From Camelus dromedarius (lineage: Eukaryota), in the NCBI RefSeq assembly GCF_036321535.1, contig NC_087436.1, positions 98,086,001-98,150,000 on the forward strand: a stretch of DNA of 64,000 nucleotides, given 5' to 3'. The translations under genes were made by a program, and so were the position numbers. The notes under the pieces are model-generated. The model was not told the DNA's origin. It worked only from the letters and a program-made list of their open reading frames with translations, and searched no databases. Below are positions 36,521-50,692 of this stretch, one piece after another (the first letter of the stretch is position 1; every line of letters begins with the position of its first letter).

Positions 36521-37979
36521 AGTAGCAAAATTTTAATATCAGGTTTTATTTGTGTGGATTCATTACTAGAGATAATGGTGTATGTATTCTTAAATACAAT
36601 CCCATGAATAGAGTACATGTCCCACTTCTCTGTATTCCATAAAAATAACTGAAAATTAAGATTAATTTGCATGGGGACCTATGGAGTGATACGCAGTGGA
36701 CTTTGGCATTTTTATTTAGGACATGTATTTCCTATAATCCTAGAATCCATTTTCCCTTTTGTCCAAAGGGCATTTTCCCATATTCCATCTTATCATTGGC
36801 ACAGTCTCCTAGTTTTGAAGCACAGAACTTTATCTTAGCCGTACAGCTGCACTCTGCTAGTTCCCTCGAGTTTGACAATGCACCTGGCAGTCCATTTTCC
36901 TGACAGTTCGGGGAAAGCCCTTTCTGTCTCTGCACGCAGGCTCTGTGTCTCAGAGGGGGCTCTTTCACCCGCTCTTTGAAGTGGGACATCTCTGTCAGTC
37001 ACTGCAGCCCGTTGTGTTTTTCTAAGACTTCCACATTGATCCTTAATCTGTGTCCCCTTTCAGGCTGCTATTTTTCACTGTTTCATTTGACTTGCTAAGT
37101 TTATGGTTCCAATTAAAGGATTCTAGGTCACAGTTACAGCAGTTGCCCACTGTCATCCAAAAGACCACACATTTCATACATCAGCCTACATGGCCTTACC
37201 CACAAACCATTAATTATAGCAGCCCTGTAACAGATTTTGGCGTTTATGTCTTTATTGGCAATAATCTTAAGGGGGCCTATTCTTATATTTGAAGCAGGAA
37301 GATGCTTAAAAGTTACGATCTGTGATGCTAGCATTGGGAGACTTCAGGTGCCCAAATCTCAGCTTCTTGAATGATCCCACATGCTTTATAGATGCTTTTA
37401 AACTACCTTCAAATAGCTGAGCTGGAATTAGGTGAATCCTATAGTTAAGCTGTCCTGTGGACACCAATGGGAGTGGAAATTGAAGGTCTTTCAGATTAAA
37501 AGTTCAAATTGTGATGATTGCACCTTTTAGCCTCCAAGCTGGCTTTTACCTTGATCTCCCTAAGCCTGTTCAGTTCATCATATTGAAAAGATTATGACAT
37601 TTTCTGACTCACCTGGGGGGAGTATTCCATTTCAATTCAATGACTAAGTCATTCCCTGGGCCTGCAGCACTACCCTGCTGCGTTTAGTCCTTTAATGTGG
37701 AAGTAATTCTTATGTTTATAAAGTTTGTGGCTTTTTAAATCCCACAAGGAAACCTCACACTTTAATGTGAGATAAGCTGAAAGAAATTACTCACTGTACC
37801 TCAACTGCTCTAAAAGGAAAAGCTTATCAGAGGTAAGGAAATGCTAGCCACAGCCACTTTAAACATCAGTAAGGGGACATCACTGAAAGTAAAATCACAC
37901 AAAATAGCCTTTGGATGTTGGGGATTTTGAATTGAGATGCCAAATCTGAATTTTCATTTCTCACAAATAACATTTTCCT

Positions 37980-38670
37980 AATTTCAAAAGTTGTATGTAC
38001 TCTTTGGAAAATATTTTTAAAATATTAAAAATAAGAGAAAGAAATTACCTTCACTTGACTATAACCATAACTCATGTACATCTTCTCCAGTCTTATTGTA
38101 TACATGCATACATGAATTAAAACAAAATCAATTCTCTGAATTTAGCATTACCTTATAAATTTTATCTGATAAGCCATTGTATTTTTGAGATTACTTTTAA
38201 TATTTTCTTTTGTAGATGAATCATAATATCAAATTTCCATATTTTTGTTAACATTGATTTTTTTGGGTTTTGTTTTTGGAATTATAAATCAATTCTTAAA
38301 AGTCATGAAATCTTTCTAAGTAAATCTTGGTTCATATTTTAAAATTACTGCCTTAGGATAAATTCCTAGGATTAAAACTGATTATTAATGATATTAAACA
38401 TTTAAATATATTGCTAATATTTTCTCCAGAAAGGTGGTACCTTTTCTACAGAAAGGTGGTACCAATTTTTGCCCTCAACCTTGGGAACAATGAGATTTAT
38501 AAGTTAAAAAAAAAAGCGAACAAACAAAAAAACTCCTAGCCAAAAAAGGTAAGTTAAAAGTGACCTTATTCCAAATTTCATTTACTGCTTCACTGGAGAA
38601 AAATAAAGTTTTTAAAAAAATTTTCTTTTTTTTGGTGGGGAGGATTTTTAGTTTGTCTGTTTAACATTTC
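37980..38670 (-). mobile_element. Ancient L1ME 3' fragment containing a 22-bp tandem duplication
   Basis: 'ccttaggataaattcctagg...ttgctaatattttctccagaaaggtggtacc' is an L1 3' motif. The duplicated unit is 38420-38441 / 38442-38463 (1 mismatch). Confidence 0.6.
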
Positions 38671-39394
38671 TGTGTCATTCTTATGAATACTGAAAAGTAG
38701 AATTCTGTTTCTAATTTTAGGAATTATTGTCTTAATCTAATAAAAAGTTTTAACAAGGGGAAGCTTTATTTAGCTTTTATAGATATTTCATATCTGAAAT
38801 AGATCTAGTAAAACATGCCAAGTGTCATCTGCCATATCTTTGCAAATTTGTCAGAGCTGAAAAATACTTTTAAAGCTTTTTTTTGCTGTATTGAAGTTTA
38901 GACCTGTTGGAAAACTTGAAAATTTTAAGTCCAACAGCATAGAAGAAACTCACTATGCTTGGATTAATTTTATATGAAGGGCATGAGGCCTTCCTATTAC
39001 TGTTTGTGATCGTGTCATAAAAGTGGTTAAGCAAAATAGTGCTATTTCGACCTGCTCTCGTCTTCTAAATGTTTATATGAAACGTTGGTCCAGTTTTTAT
39101 CCCACCCCCATAAAAACTATCTGTTAATGTTATATTTCTGGTCTTTGTCTTACCCTACTATGCAAAGCAAGTCATGAACTTACAGAAGTCAGGTCTGGGA
39201 ACAGCCATCTTCAACTGCTGTCAACGCTCCTCTCAAGTACTGAATAGCTGCAGAGAGGAAACAGATGTTTACATCTACTTCTCTAACTTCTAATTCTTAG
39301 TTTTTAACTTCACAGAAACATCACCATATCAATTAGTATAATCCTCTAATCAGTTAATTTTTAGTGGCTGCATGACATCTACCACTTTATATGT

Positions 39395-39990
39395 CCCATT
39401 GTTTTTAAAATCATTTTTAATCAACAATTATTCACTGTACTTACTTTTTTCTATTATAAAGAGGCTACAATAAATACAAGTATTCACATATATGTAAATG
39501 TAGGTATCATGGGATTGACTTTACAGTTTATGATACGATGTATACTGTTACATCTAATTGTGATAGATACTGTCAAATCACTTTCCAAAAATTATGTAAT
39601 GATTCATGTCTCTGACATGATATGTGAACACAAACATTTCATTCAGATCTCTAATAGAAATATCGTCTGTCTCATGTTTGCCAGTCTGATAAGTATAAAA
39701 TGATACCCCAGTTTTATTTTAATTTCTGTTTCTCTGACTACCCAAAATTCTGGCCATTTTCTTACATGTTATTTTGTTCATTTTGAACTCTGCTCTGGGA
39801 CCTGTCTTTTCGTGTTTGTATGTATATTTTCCATGAGATAAATTTAATTATTTCTTCATGATTTGTGTATTTTTATATTATAATTATCCATCACTTATCT
39901 GTCATTTGTACTATAATATTTTCTAATATTTCTACTTAATCTATCTTTTAAAAAATTTTTGAAGGGTTATCTAGGGATGTGCTTAATGCT
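39395..39990 (-). mobile_element. Old L1 fragment
   Basis: 'tgatagatactgtcaaatcactttccaaaa...tttgccagtctgataagtataaaatgatacc...ttttaatttctgtttctctgacta'. Confidence 0.7.
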
Positions 39991-40509
39991 TTTCAAGTAG
40001 GTCAGACAGTTTTCATCTCATTTTTATCTAATGGTGATATTTATTACTATTAAAATACTGACATCAGCTTTTAAAAAATCAAGTATTTAAGTTCAGACTT
40101 CAATTTATCATTGTAAAAGTTTTGTTTTTTTCTTATTTTCCTGCTAACTTTGAAAAGCAGTTCAAAAGCAAATTGTCCTTATATCCATGAGATTGACAGA
40201 ATTGACAGATTTATTTTTTTAAAAAAAAGGTTCGTTGTTTGCTCACTCCTAGGTATAAATTTGAATTACTAGTTTGTATTGTTTGAAACAACTTCTAGTC
40301 TAGTTGATTCTATTTTTTTTTTAAAGAAAGGTATACATTTGAAAACATTGCAATCTTGTAACATAATCTTTTATAATGGTGGCTCAACTTTAGTACTATT
40401 ATATGATAATAAATAAAATTGTTCGGATATAAACATCTAATATTGCATGTAAACCTGAGAATGGTTGGCCCATAATTTTATCACTGCCTTTTCAACTTTC
40501 TATAAAGTA

Positions 40510-41113
40510 CTATGGTAATCAGTACACAAAGGCATTCACAACTTAATCCCTGGAACTTGTAAGTGTGTTTTCTTACTTGGCAAAACTAACTTTCCAGTCA
40601 TGATTAATGATACAGACCTAAAGTAGAGAGAGAGTAACCTGAACTATCTAGGTGGGCCCAGTCTAATCACAGGAGACTTTAAAACAGATAATATTCTCCA
40701 GCTGGAGGTAGAATAGTTGAGTCAGAGGGAGAATAAATAACTATCAAAATGTGGGACTGACTCAATGCCCTGTGGCTTGTTTAAAGATGGAAGAGGCCAA
40801 CTGAAAAGAAATGCAGATGGTCTGAAGAAGCTGAGAGGCTCCCAACTGACAAGTCAGCAAGGAAATGAGGATCTCAGTCCTAAAAATTCACGGAACTGAA
40901 TTCTGCCGACAATAAAGTAAGACTGGCAATGAATTCTCCACTGGAGCCTTCAACTGTCAGTCCAGGACCATCACCTCTTTGATTTCAGCCTTGAGAGCAG
41001 AGACGTCAAGCCCACCAAACTTCTAATCTTCAGAATTATGAAATTATAGATAGATAATTTAAAATGCTAAATTTGTGGTTATTTTCTTACAGAAGCAATA
41101 GTAAACTAATACA
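40510..41113 (+). mobile_element. MLT1 (MaLR) solo LTR, MLT1D/E-like
   Basis: 'taatccctggaacttgtaa...ggtgggcccagtctaatcaca...cagcaaggaaatgaggatctcagtcct...gaactgaattctgcc...gcaatagtaaactaataca'. Confidence 0.85.
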
Positions 41114-44100
41114 AACACATACTGAATAAAAGAAAAGAGAAAAAAACTCCTTTGGTTAGAATGTTAAGAAATGTATACCAAACAAAATAATAACTAACTA
41201 AATTAAGAGAGGAAAAAATACTTAGTAGCTTTTTCAGGAAACAGAGGAGATCTGCTGCACAGAGAGAAAGCAAGATATTCTAATACTTAGTGCTACTCTG
41301 TATCCCATGGTCACCAACCTGGGTTTAAAGATTTGGGGTCTATAAAAAGCAAGTCACTAAGTAACACGGTCAATGTTATTTTCATTTCAATCAAAATGTA
41401 TTCCCAATTTACAACGTAATTCTAATTTATAATTTAAAAGATAGCAAATTAAAGAAAAAAAAAAAGTGCCAGATTGTTACATTGTAATTGGTCTTGGTAG
41501 GAACACATTATATCTTAAAACAGTGGTGTTCTCCAGAATGTAAAGTAACAAATGCCAATCAAAAAGATAGATAAATAAATAAAGAAAAAAAAAAGAGGAG
41601 CAAGCAAACAACAAATCCTAGCTCTAAAACAAAGCTCTCATAGCAAGTCATTCCAGGAAACTTAGATTTTTGAGTATACCATTGTTTTAGCTTTACAGAG
41701 GACTATGTGATGTGAGTAGAATACTGTTTTTGGACCACAAAAATTAGTGCATGCTATCGACATAGAAGTTAGTCTTTATATCTGAGAGTTGGACATAATC
41801 AGTATCCTATTTGTGTGTGTGTGTATATGCACACAAATTTATATTGTATATTATATTATTATATGTTTATATATAATATAAATGTTTGCCAATATGATGG
41901 CTATAAAATAATGTGTGTATATATATACATATATATGTGTTTTTATGTGTGTATATATGTGTGTGTGAATGTGTGTGCACATATATATTTTTTGAGAGAA
42001 ACCAAAGAACAGAGGAAAGAATACTATGATAAAAGTGTTATGCCATACAAAATATTATGCCAAATGCTCAGTAGACACAATAGAAAACACTTAATTATGT
42101 GAATAAACATCTGAAGTTTTTCCTTAATTAAGGAAAACACAAAAGTGTTTGAAATGAGAGAATAGATTTCAATGTGAACAGTGAATCTTACTCATGAATA
42201 ACAAAAACTTACAGAAGAAAAATATTATAAAAGGCAAATTGTATGAAAAGTATTTTTTTAAATTTCAAAAAGAATTTTATTTATTCTAAGGATAAAGAAA
42301 TATAGCTAAATCATTCAGTTAGAAAAATGAAATTATGCTATGGGGAAAATATGCTTTGCCTTTGCAAATTTGAATAGAAGATGAAAATGAATCATTAAAA
42401 TTACATAAGATATTTAGCTTTAAGAAGGATTAGAGATTTGAAATAATTTATAATATTTTACATTTTTTTCAAATGGAAGATATTACTAAGTGTGCATAAG
42501 AATATTTTGAGATTTCCATGTGATAATATGTGACCCAACATCCATGAACATATATGACATACAACTCAACAGACTATGTTTAATTCTTAAGTTGTTAGTA
42601 CAGCGCTAAGAGTAGAACCTAGAAATCATTTATTGTACATACTGAGATGTGTTCAGTCTGTTGGAGAGCCTCCGGGTTGTACCCCCCCAAAAAAAACCAT
42701 AATAAAATCAGCCACATAAATAATTAATGGAACTGGAGAAAGAGATTCTTTGTGGTAAATTCCTGAAAATTTAAAAAATTGATCTGTAATTTCTTTCCAG
42801 AAATTTGTATGAAAAATGGCACATCACAATAAACTAAAATAATTTTTAACTAAGTTCCACATTGAAGCAGTATGCCATATGATTAACAGAAGAATTTTCA
42901 CCAACTGACCTACACCCACTTTTTTCATGTGCAATAACAATGCATTCTTAAAATATTTCCAGTCAGTTCACAGCTTCTGAACACCTATTATATTTACCAA
43001 AGAAACACATTCCTCACATTCATTTTACTAATTAAGTAAGCTACTCATTTCTCCAAAGATATCCAATGTCTTTAATATCATCAGGCTTAGTTACCACCTC
43101 GTTAAGACTGCTGGTGATGATCCAAGGTAAAGATTAGACTGATAGTAGTTTTGTCAAATTGTGGACGTTTGAATAAATACTCACCTTCCTTGAAGTCTGT
43201 ATAACTGATTAGGTAAATTGAATGTTCCTAAGATGAAGATAAAATTAATAAACACCTAAAATGCACACATACACATCAGTCACACCGTGTTGGGGAAAAA
43301 TATAAACACAACATTATTGTGGGATTTTATGTCAGGAAGAAAGGTTTGAAACTGATTCTGTCTTGGGCACTTTGCTTAATAGCTATGATCCTCAGGTCCA
43401 TCATTCATGAAATGAATAGAATACAGACACCCACAATAGTATTGTAAATATTAAATTCGATAATGAAATAAGAGAATAGGACTGTGCCTGGCTCATCACA
43501 ATTGCAGTTGTGTTGATTATTATATGAGGATAGTTTTTCTTGGAAGATAACTCAAACACGTCTGTGAAAAATACTTCCATATTTGAGCACACAGCTCCTG
43601 AAATATGATTCCAAATATATATGATTTAATATCTTGTTCCAAAATGCCTGATGAAGTATTCTGAAGCCCATACAATTAATATCCCCAAATTCATTTAATA
43701 ACAAGGGATCATTTTTAAAAGATCAAATGTAAAATCAGAATAAATGTATATATAATGGAATATTTATATAAAATCATCTTAAAAAGTGAAATATTATAAC
43801 TAGACTAAAATAATTAGTGTTTTGGGGTATTTTTAGGTATTACTGCTATGAGGACACTGGATAGACATATGATTATATCCATACTGCAAAGATCCCATAT
43901 TATTATCATTTTGATGAATTTTTTTGATGAGTATGGGCTTGTATCTGGGGTAAAATGTGCGTAAATCTGACATAGAATTTGGAGCTAACAAGGTCATTCT
44001 GAAAGGGATGGAGTAAAGAAGGTAGTAGGTGGAGAAGAGCAGAAATGGAACTTTGGAAGTGTCAGAAGGCCACAGAGTCTTCCAGCACGCCCCTTGGTTA

Positions 44101-44504
44101 CTTTATAAACCTTCAAAATTTTTGCAAAATTTCTGAAATTCTTGGGTTAGGGATGGCATTTGTCAGTCTTTCAAAGGGATGAATTTTGAATATCTGATCC
44201 ACTTACTGTACAGCGTAGTCAAACTTGGATAAAGAGAAAGACAGGAGAAAATTAACTTTTGGTTACTTGAAGAAATCTCAGGGGAGGGATGATAGAATTC
44301 CACAGAAGCAAGGAATAAAGTTTCTCCAAGGGATGAAGGGGACCTATGATATCTAGGCTGCAATATGAAAAATAAGTATTTATTTTTTTAAACTAGAGCA
44401 AGGGATTAGTTATAATAGTCAGATTCTCATTGAAGCCAACACTACTTATATTTAATATTTTTAGTTCAGGACAGTTTGAAAAAGTCATCATCTGTGTCCA
44501 GTTC

Positions 44505-44707
44505 TCTTATATTGATTGATTTTTTTCCCATTATAGTTCATATTTTCCTGCTTCTCTAAATGCCTAGAAGTTTTGATTGGTTTTCAGAAATTGTTATTTA
44601 CTTTATTGGTTGCTGAATACTTTTGTATTCCCTTAAATATTTCTGTACTTTGTTCTTGGATGCAGTTAAGTTACTTAGAACAGTTTCATACTTTTCAGGC
44701 TATCTTG

Positions 44708-44742
<35 letters not shown>

Positions 44743-45320
44743 ATCTACCTAACTGGCAAGAACAGAGCAGCCTTCAGTCTAGAGAAAATTTTGCCCTACG
44801 ATGGGGGCAATACCTCTTTGAATAATCTTTCCAATACTTCATGTATTGAGATTTTTCCACCAACTGCTGGTTAGAACACATCCATTTCTAGCTTTCTATG
44901 AGCACTGGTGGTTCTTTTATGTGTGTTTTTTTGTTTTGTTTGTTTTGTTTTGTTTTGTTTTGTTTTTTGTGGGTCATTTTCTAGCCTTATAGTCTCCTCC
45001 TCACATGTTGATGCTGATCAGTTCTCAGCTGAAGACTTCCATAGGACCTTCTGTAGCTCTTCTTAGCATAATCTGTCTGTATCTCTCTCCTCTTAGTACA
45101 GTGCTATCCCCTCTGATCGTCTGTTCTGAAAATTCTAGCAGCTTGGCCAACCTGAATCTTCCACTTGGTCTCTTCAATTCCTGGAGACTGCCAGGATCTC
45201 TTTGAGATAGATCTCTGTCCTGTGCCCCGCAGAATCTCTCCAGATAGTAAATTGAGGCAACTGTAGACCTCAACTTGCTTGTTGCCCATTTCTCTGGGAT
45301 CACTGCCCTGTATGTGTAAA
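44505..45320 (-). mobile_element. L1MC/L1MD-type 5' region fragment containing (TCTG/TCTA)n and (GTTTT)n microsatellites
   Basis: 'catattttcctgcttctc...gatgcagttaagttactt...tgctgatcagttctcagctgaagact...ctctgggatcactgccctg' resembles the recalled L1M 5' end. Confidence 0.65.
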
Positions 45321-47899
45321 GTGGACCTACCAGCCATCAGTGTTCTGCCTTGATCAATAGGAGAAAAAGGTTCACAGACTTTCAGTTCAATGACCTTTGC
45401 ACTGTCTGTTCCCCAAAAGAGTATGATTTCATATATAATTAATACAGTCAAAACTCAGACTTAATAATGAGAAATTTTGGGACATGGACATAATGACATT
45501 CATCAAATGTTAATAATTTTCTGATTGTCTTATATATAATAGAATAAATACATAATGAAAATCCCATAATTAATAAGCATGACTTTTTCCTGCTCATACT
45601 ACTTATTTGTAAGATTTCTTTAGATTATTTACAAAATTCTGGCTTACTGTGTGGCTTATCTGAGAATATTAATGGATTATACCTATTATGCTAGGCATAG
45701 AGGAAATGACAAGTGACATTATAGACTCTATAAAAGTAGACAAAACATTAGCTTTGAATGAGTTATTTTAATCTACCAATGAAAAAAAGCTTAAGTAGAC
45801 TAATGGAAAATAAAACGACATGATTAAAGTTGAAGAATAGGCAACTTAATTGGTAATTTAATTTCTATTTTTATTTTCTGCTAAAAGATTTGAAATGTCA
45901 ACTGGAAAGGCTGTCACATAGTAAAAATGTGTTTCTGTATGCATATTTCATGTAATCATTTTTGTGTAATTTGTAATTTTAGGTGTTGCTTGGAATACTG
46001 TATATTTAAAACTATTAAAATATATTTACTATAAAAGTTTAATGTCATACATTGATTAACATTCTTGTACTCTTTATTACATTTAGCATGTCCTTTGAAA
46101 TGAAAGATGTGATATATATAAGAAATATCTTCTATTTATAATGGGATCTTGACCTAAAATATCCTTTCAAGTTTGGGGAGATAATTCTTGTCATTAATTA
46201 AGCTTGAATATTTCTATATATGATAGGTTGGAAATATTTGAAAGTAAATGAAAATTTGAAATGGTGCCCTTGTCCTAGTTTTGCTCACAATTAATTTTGA
46301 GAAATATTTCTTTTATAGGTTAAAAGACCAAAAAATGATTATAATTATATTTTTATAAGGAGTTATCATGAAAAGTATCATATTGCCATGAATTCCTTAA
46401 TGTTAAATATTAGGAAAAGGGTTCAAATATTTTTTCCTCAATTTAATATCCTAGAATATAGACCTTTTTTTTCTTATTTACAATGTAAGATATCATTTCA
46501 TAATGAAAAAATAATTTCAATTGCTTATTTAGATTTCATTAATAAATTATTAAAGCATGCTCTAATTTAAATGAATATTAATTTTGTGTGTTTTTCATTT
46601 TGGAAATTGCTCATAATTTAGAATTCAGCTAAGATCTGTTAGACTAAAACTACAGCAGGATTTCTGTTGCTTATTCAAACAACATTTAGTAAATATTTAA
46701 ATGTCTTTCCCGTCTGTAAACAAGTACTAATATGTTTATTTAATACACCGAGTTTAAGCTTTTCATACCGTTTTGCTCATGGTTTTTCAGTGTTCATCTT
46801 TGAAGTTGTGTTCTTTGGCCAAGTGACATTAATTTTTGATGATCTTTCATTTACCAGAGCTTTAAACTTCTCTCTGTGTTCACTGGTTACTTAAGAAATG
46901 CAAAAAGTTTAACTCAAGTTCTCCAAACAGACCACGGTGACAGGATTACATAGGTGATGAAAAGGTCAACAAAAAGTCTTAAAACTCTAAGCAAAGTTGA
47001 AATCTTCCTATTCTCATCATTGTTTTTGTATGCTATTGCTAAAACAGATTCTCAAAATGGTTCCTATCTTTAAAAATCCTATCTCAGCCACATTTACTCA
47101 TTGATCATAACCCTCCTTCCACACTCCATGCTCTCTGATGCTCAGACTTTGATTGTCCTTCCCCAGCTCAGTGACCTACCCCCATTACAAAGGCCAGTCC
47201 CCATCTCTGCATTGTCATCTCAGCCTTCCCTCAGCACCCTCTTCATTCTGTGTAATAAGCCACGTATTTTGCTCCTTCCAAAATGTAGTTGAAAAGTTCA
47301 CATCTTAGAGAAAATCTTCCAGGCATCTTGGCTGAGTCACTTACTTGACTCGAATTTGGACACTTTCGCACTCAATTTTTCTATTTAGTGTTTTCTTTTT
47401 AATGAATTTTTCTACTTTCAAAGCTTTTGTTATGTAGTTTAAAAAATCATTTAAACTCTGTTCAAGTTTGTTGCACCAGATGGATTTCAAGAAAGAAACA
47501 ATTGAACAAGGAAATAAGGGAAAGAGAGAAGAAAGAAAAAACTTAATACAAATAAACAAAAAATATTTATTTACATTTTATATATTTCACTAGTTTCACT
47601 AATATAAGATCTAAAAATATATAATTAGTGAGGTGTGTTTATATCTATATCAATATCTCACCAATTAAAGTTGTAAGTGCCCTGTAGTGCTTGCTATCCA
47701 GAGGTAGATAACAATTATAAGATAACAAGTATAAGGACAAAATAATTTTGCCAGTTTTTTAAATCCTCGTAAAATGATCTGCCAACAAGAAGTTTTCTGT
47801 GGTTTTAGAATAAATATGAACTTCCTGATAGGCTGGTAAATGACAACTGGTTATACATGTCATAATTGTAGTGATTAATAGAAAAGTTTAATGGATTAA

Positions 47900-48090
47900 A
47901 AGTAAATCTTGTTTTCAAATACTGACTGTGATCCAGGGTGAGCTGTTTTTCTGCCAACACCTCTGTTTCCTCGTTTGTAAAATTGAACATTATCTATCTC
48001 ATGGTCTTATTGCTGGAAAATTACATGTGAAAAATACATGTGAAATGCTAGATACCAGCACATGCCCCTACACATTAGCTGAGAGTTAGT
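47900..48090 (+). mobile_element. MIR remnant
   Basis: 'ctgtgatccagggtgag...cctctgtttcctcgtttgtaaaattg...ctatctcatgg...atgtgaaatgct'. Confidence 0.75.
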
Positions 48091-48919
48091 ATTCTTAGAA
48101 GTAAACCTGACTGTGTCCATCTGTAAACTATGGATTTCTCTATAGAAGTAGCTGTGCATACCTTTCCCAGGGAAACCATTGGGGATATGGTGAGAAAGTG
48201 GTCTAAATTCCTCAACTTCTTTGGCTCTTTCTGTCAGGGCTGAGGAATGAGGGGAGGTATTCCGACACCAGTGGGCAAGTGAGAAGTAGGGTATCTTGCG
48301 GAGAGAGCCTGAGTTTACAACAATCTGAAGGTAAAAGCAATGTCTCTTCCCTTTGCCTCTCTAACTCCCTGTGTTTCTGAACTCAGAAACTTTGTAGACT
48401 AATCTATGTTTGGATAATATTTCCTTCTAGGTGCAAAGTGTTGTTGGAGTAATGTTTATGTTTAAAGATGAAATTAATGAAATTTCATTCAGTCTATGGC
48501 ATGTCCAAGGGAACATAAAGTACTTGCTGATTTTAGGACTAAGTGGTTGGGGCAAACTAAATAACTGAAGAGTAGTGGTAGAAACAGAATAGATTCCTGA
48601 CGTAGACTGAGGAAGTAAAGGTGGAGATAATGCTATCTAAAGTGAGTAGAACTTGGCCCAAAATTGAGTGTATGGCAAATAAAATATCCAGGATAGCTGA
48701 TCCTCAGAAAAGTGTGTAGCACAGTTTTAAATTTAAATGGCACACATATATTAAGGGAAAGATAATTATATGGTTAAAAGCAGCACATTGGAATAGTCAT
48801 TCTTTTGAGATTACAAAGTCAATGTTTGTACATTTCTACTCTGAAATACCAAAGCCCAAATGATATGTTAATTAAACAACCTAACAACTTGGTTAAAAAA
48901 AAATTTTATTATTTTCAAT

Positions 48920-49062
48920 CTGCTACATATTCACCAAATTATAAATTCCATGAGGTTGAGAATTTTATATTTGTTCAAAGCTACAGCCTCAGCTCTTATT
49001 AAAATGCTAACACATAGTAAATACTTAAAATATTTGTTGAATGAGTAAATAAATGAATGAGT
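48920..49062 (+). mobile_element. L2 3' end
   Basis: 'tataaattccatgagg...cacatagtaaatacttaaaatatttgttgaatgagtaaataaatgaatga'. Confidence 0.75.
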
Positions 49063-50692
49063 ATTTTAATAAAGGTGAAACGATCATTTAATAACCATGT
49101 TGACTTTAAAATAGAGTGGCATCTAAAAATTAAATTGATTGGGCACTGTCATTTATTAGGACAACTGGTAAGACAACCATGTCTGTCATGGATACACTAC
49201 AGGATATATGGTGTCACCCATGTGTCTAGAGAGGCTATCAGATTAACTCAGGATGTGTAAGATAAAGGCAGATAAGCCCTGGAATTCTGCTTATGCCTAT
49301 GACGATTTGAGAAAGTTATATTTTTGGTACATTGTTTATTTATAGGAATTGAGAAACTTTTTTTTCAAAAATAATCTCGTATTTTAAATGCCATTTTTTC
49401 TGGGTGAAATGTTAAGGATGTTTTAATGACGTAAAAGAGGAATCTTTTTTTTTTTCAGTCTAGGTGCTTGCTAGATATGTGAATAGATGAAACTATAAGA
49501 TTAAGTTGAAGTCTTTTCCAACATAAACATTTCAATTATTCCATTATGAGATACCGAAAATGAAAAGTGTAGTCCTTTTAAAAACTCTTGACAAGATACT
49601 GTGTTAAAATAATTACCTGATCTATTTAAAATCGCAATACAAGGAAAGAAGGTTTTACAAAGTCTTTAACATTAATGAATTATTTTTCGTTTACATCCTA
49701 TAAATCTAATTTGATAAAAGCATATGCTCATCAATTACTTAGAAGCTGAATTTGTCACAAACAGTGTGAAGCATATGGATTAAAATTCTGATGCTGAGCT
49801 CTACAAAGCACTTCACACAACAAAACATGGATCTGTATGCTCTGAATTTTTTATCTTATTTTAGTAATACTTTTCTCACTGAGGGTTTATCACACATGAT
49901 TTTTTTAAGGTGGCATCGACATTGTTAATTTCTTGATTACAAGCATTCTGACTGAGGAAGAAGAATTTTTACCATCAGTATTACTACTCTGTTGCAACCT
50001 GATAATTAACACATAAATTAAAAATTTCTATTCTAAAACTGCATGTCACCATTTTCAGATTAAAGCATAGGCAGTGATATATATATACACACACACATAC
50101 ATATATATAATATATATCTCCATATTTATTGTATTTTCTAAAGTGTCATAAACATTCATTATTTTATTGCTGTTTTAATAATGTTTATTATTTCTATTTC
50201 TTGGCAGTCTAACTCTTTTTAAAAGTGTTGAAAAATGCTCTTTGTTTCTTAAAAATGCATTATGACTTACTCTGCTAATTAGAAAATTTATATTTGAAGT
50301 AAAAACAATTCTGAAGGAAAATAATAAATGTTGACAGTTTAGCTACCCTTGTCACATTAAAATGCTGATCTATTGCTTTTACTTTCCAATATTAGTTTGC
50401 TGATCGTAAAGATCAAAAAGCTGTTACATGTATTTTTCACAGTGACTAAAATCAGGTTTTTTTCTTAATTGCTACCAGAAATTAATTGAGGCTTTTAGTT
50501 TTTAATATAAAATACTCAAAATGAATTATTTTTTGAACATTTTTCTTTCTTATTTGTGAATAGTTTGAGCTTTATTTTTTCAGTAGCATAGAACACTTTA
50601 AAGATTTGTTTTAATGCAGCTGTTATCAACTCATGTCTTCGTAGTAATTATCATATTGACTTAATGATATTTTATTGGGCTTTGAAATATAT

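Noticed and set aside
45005..45451. Three overlapping ORFs of 66-115 aa
   Set aside because: They lie largely within a decayed L1 5' region and show no coding signature.
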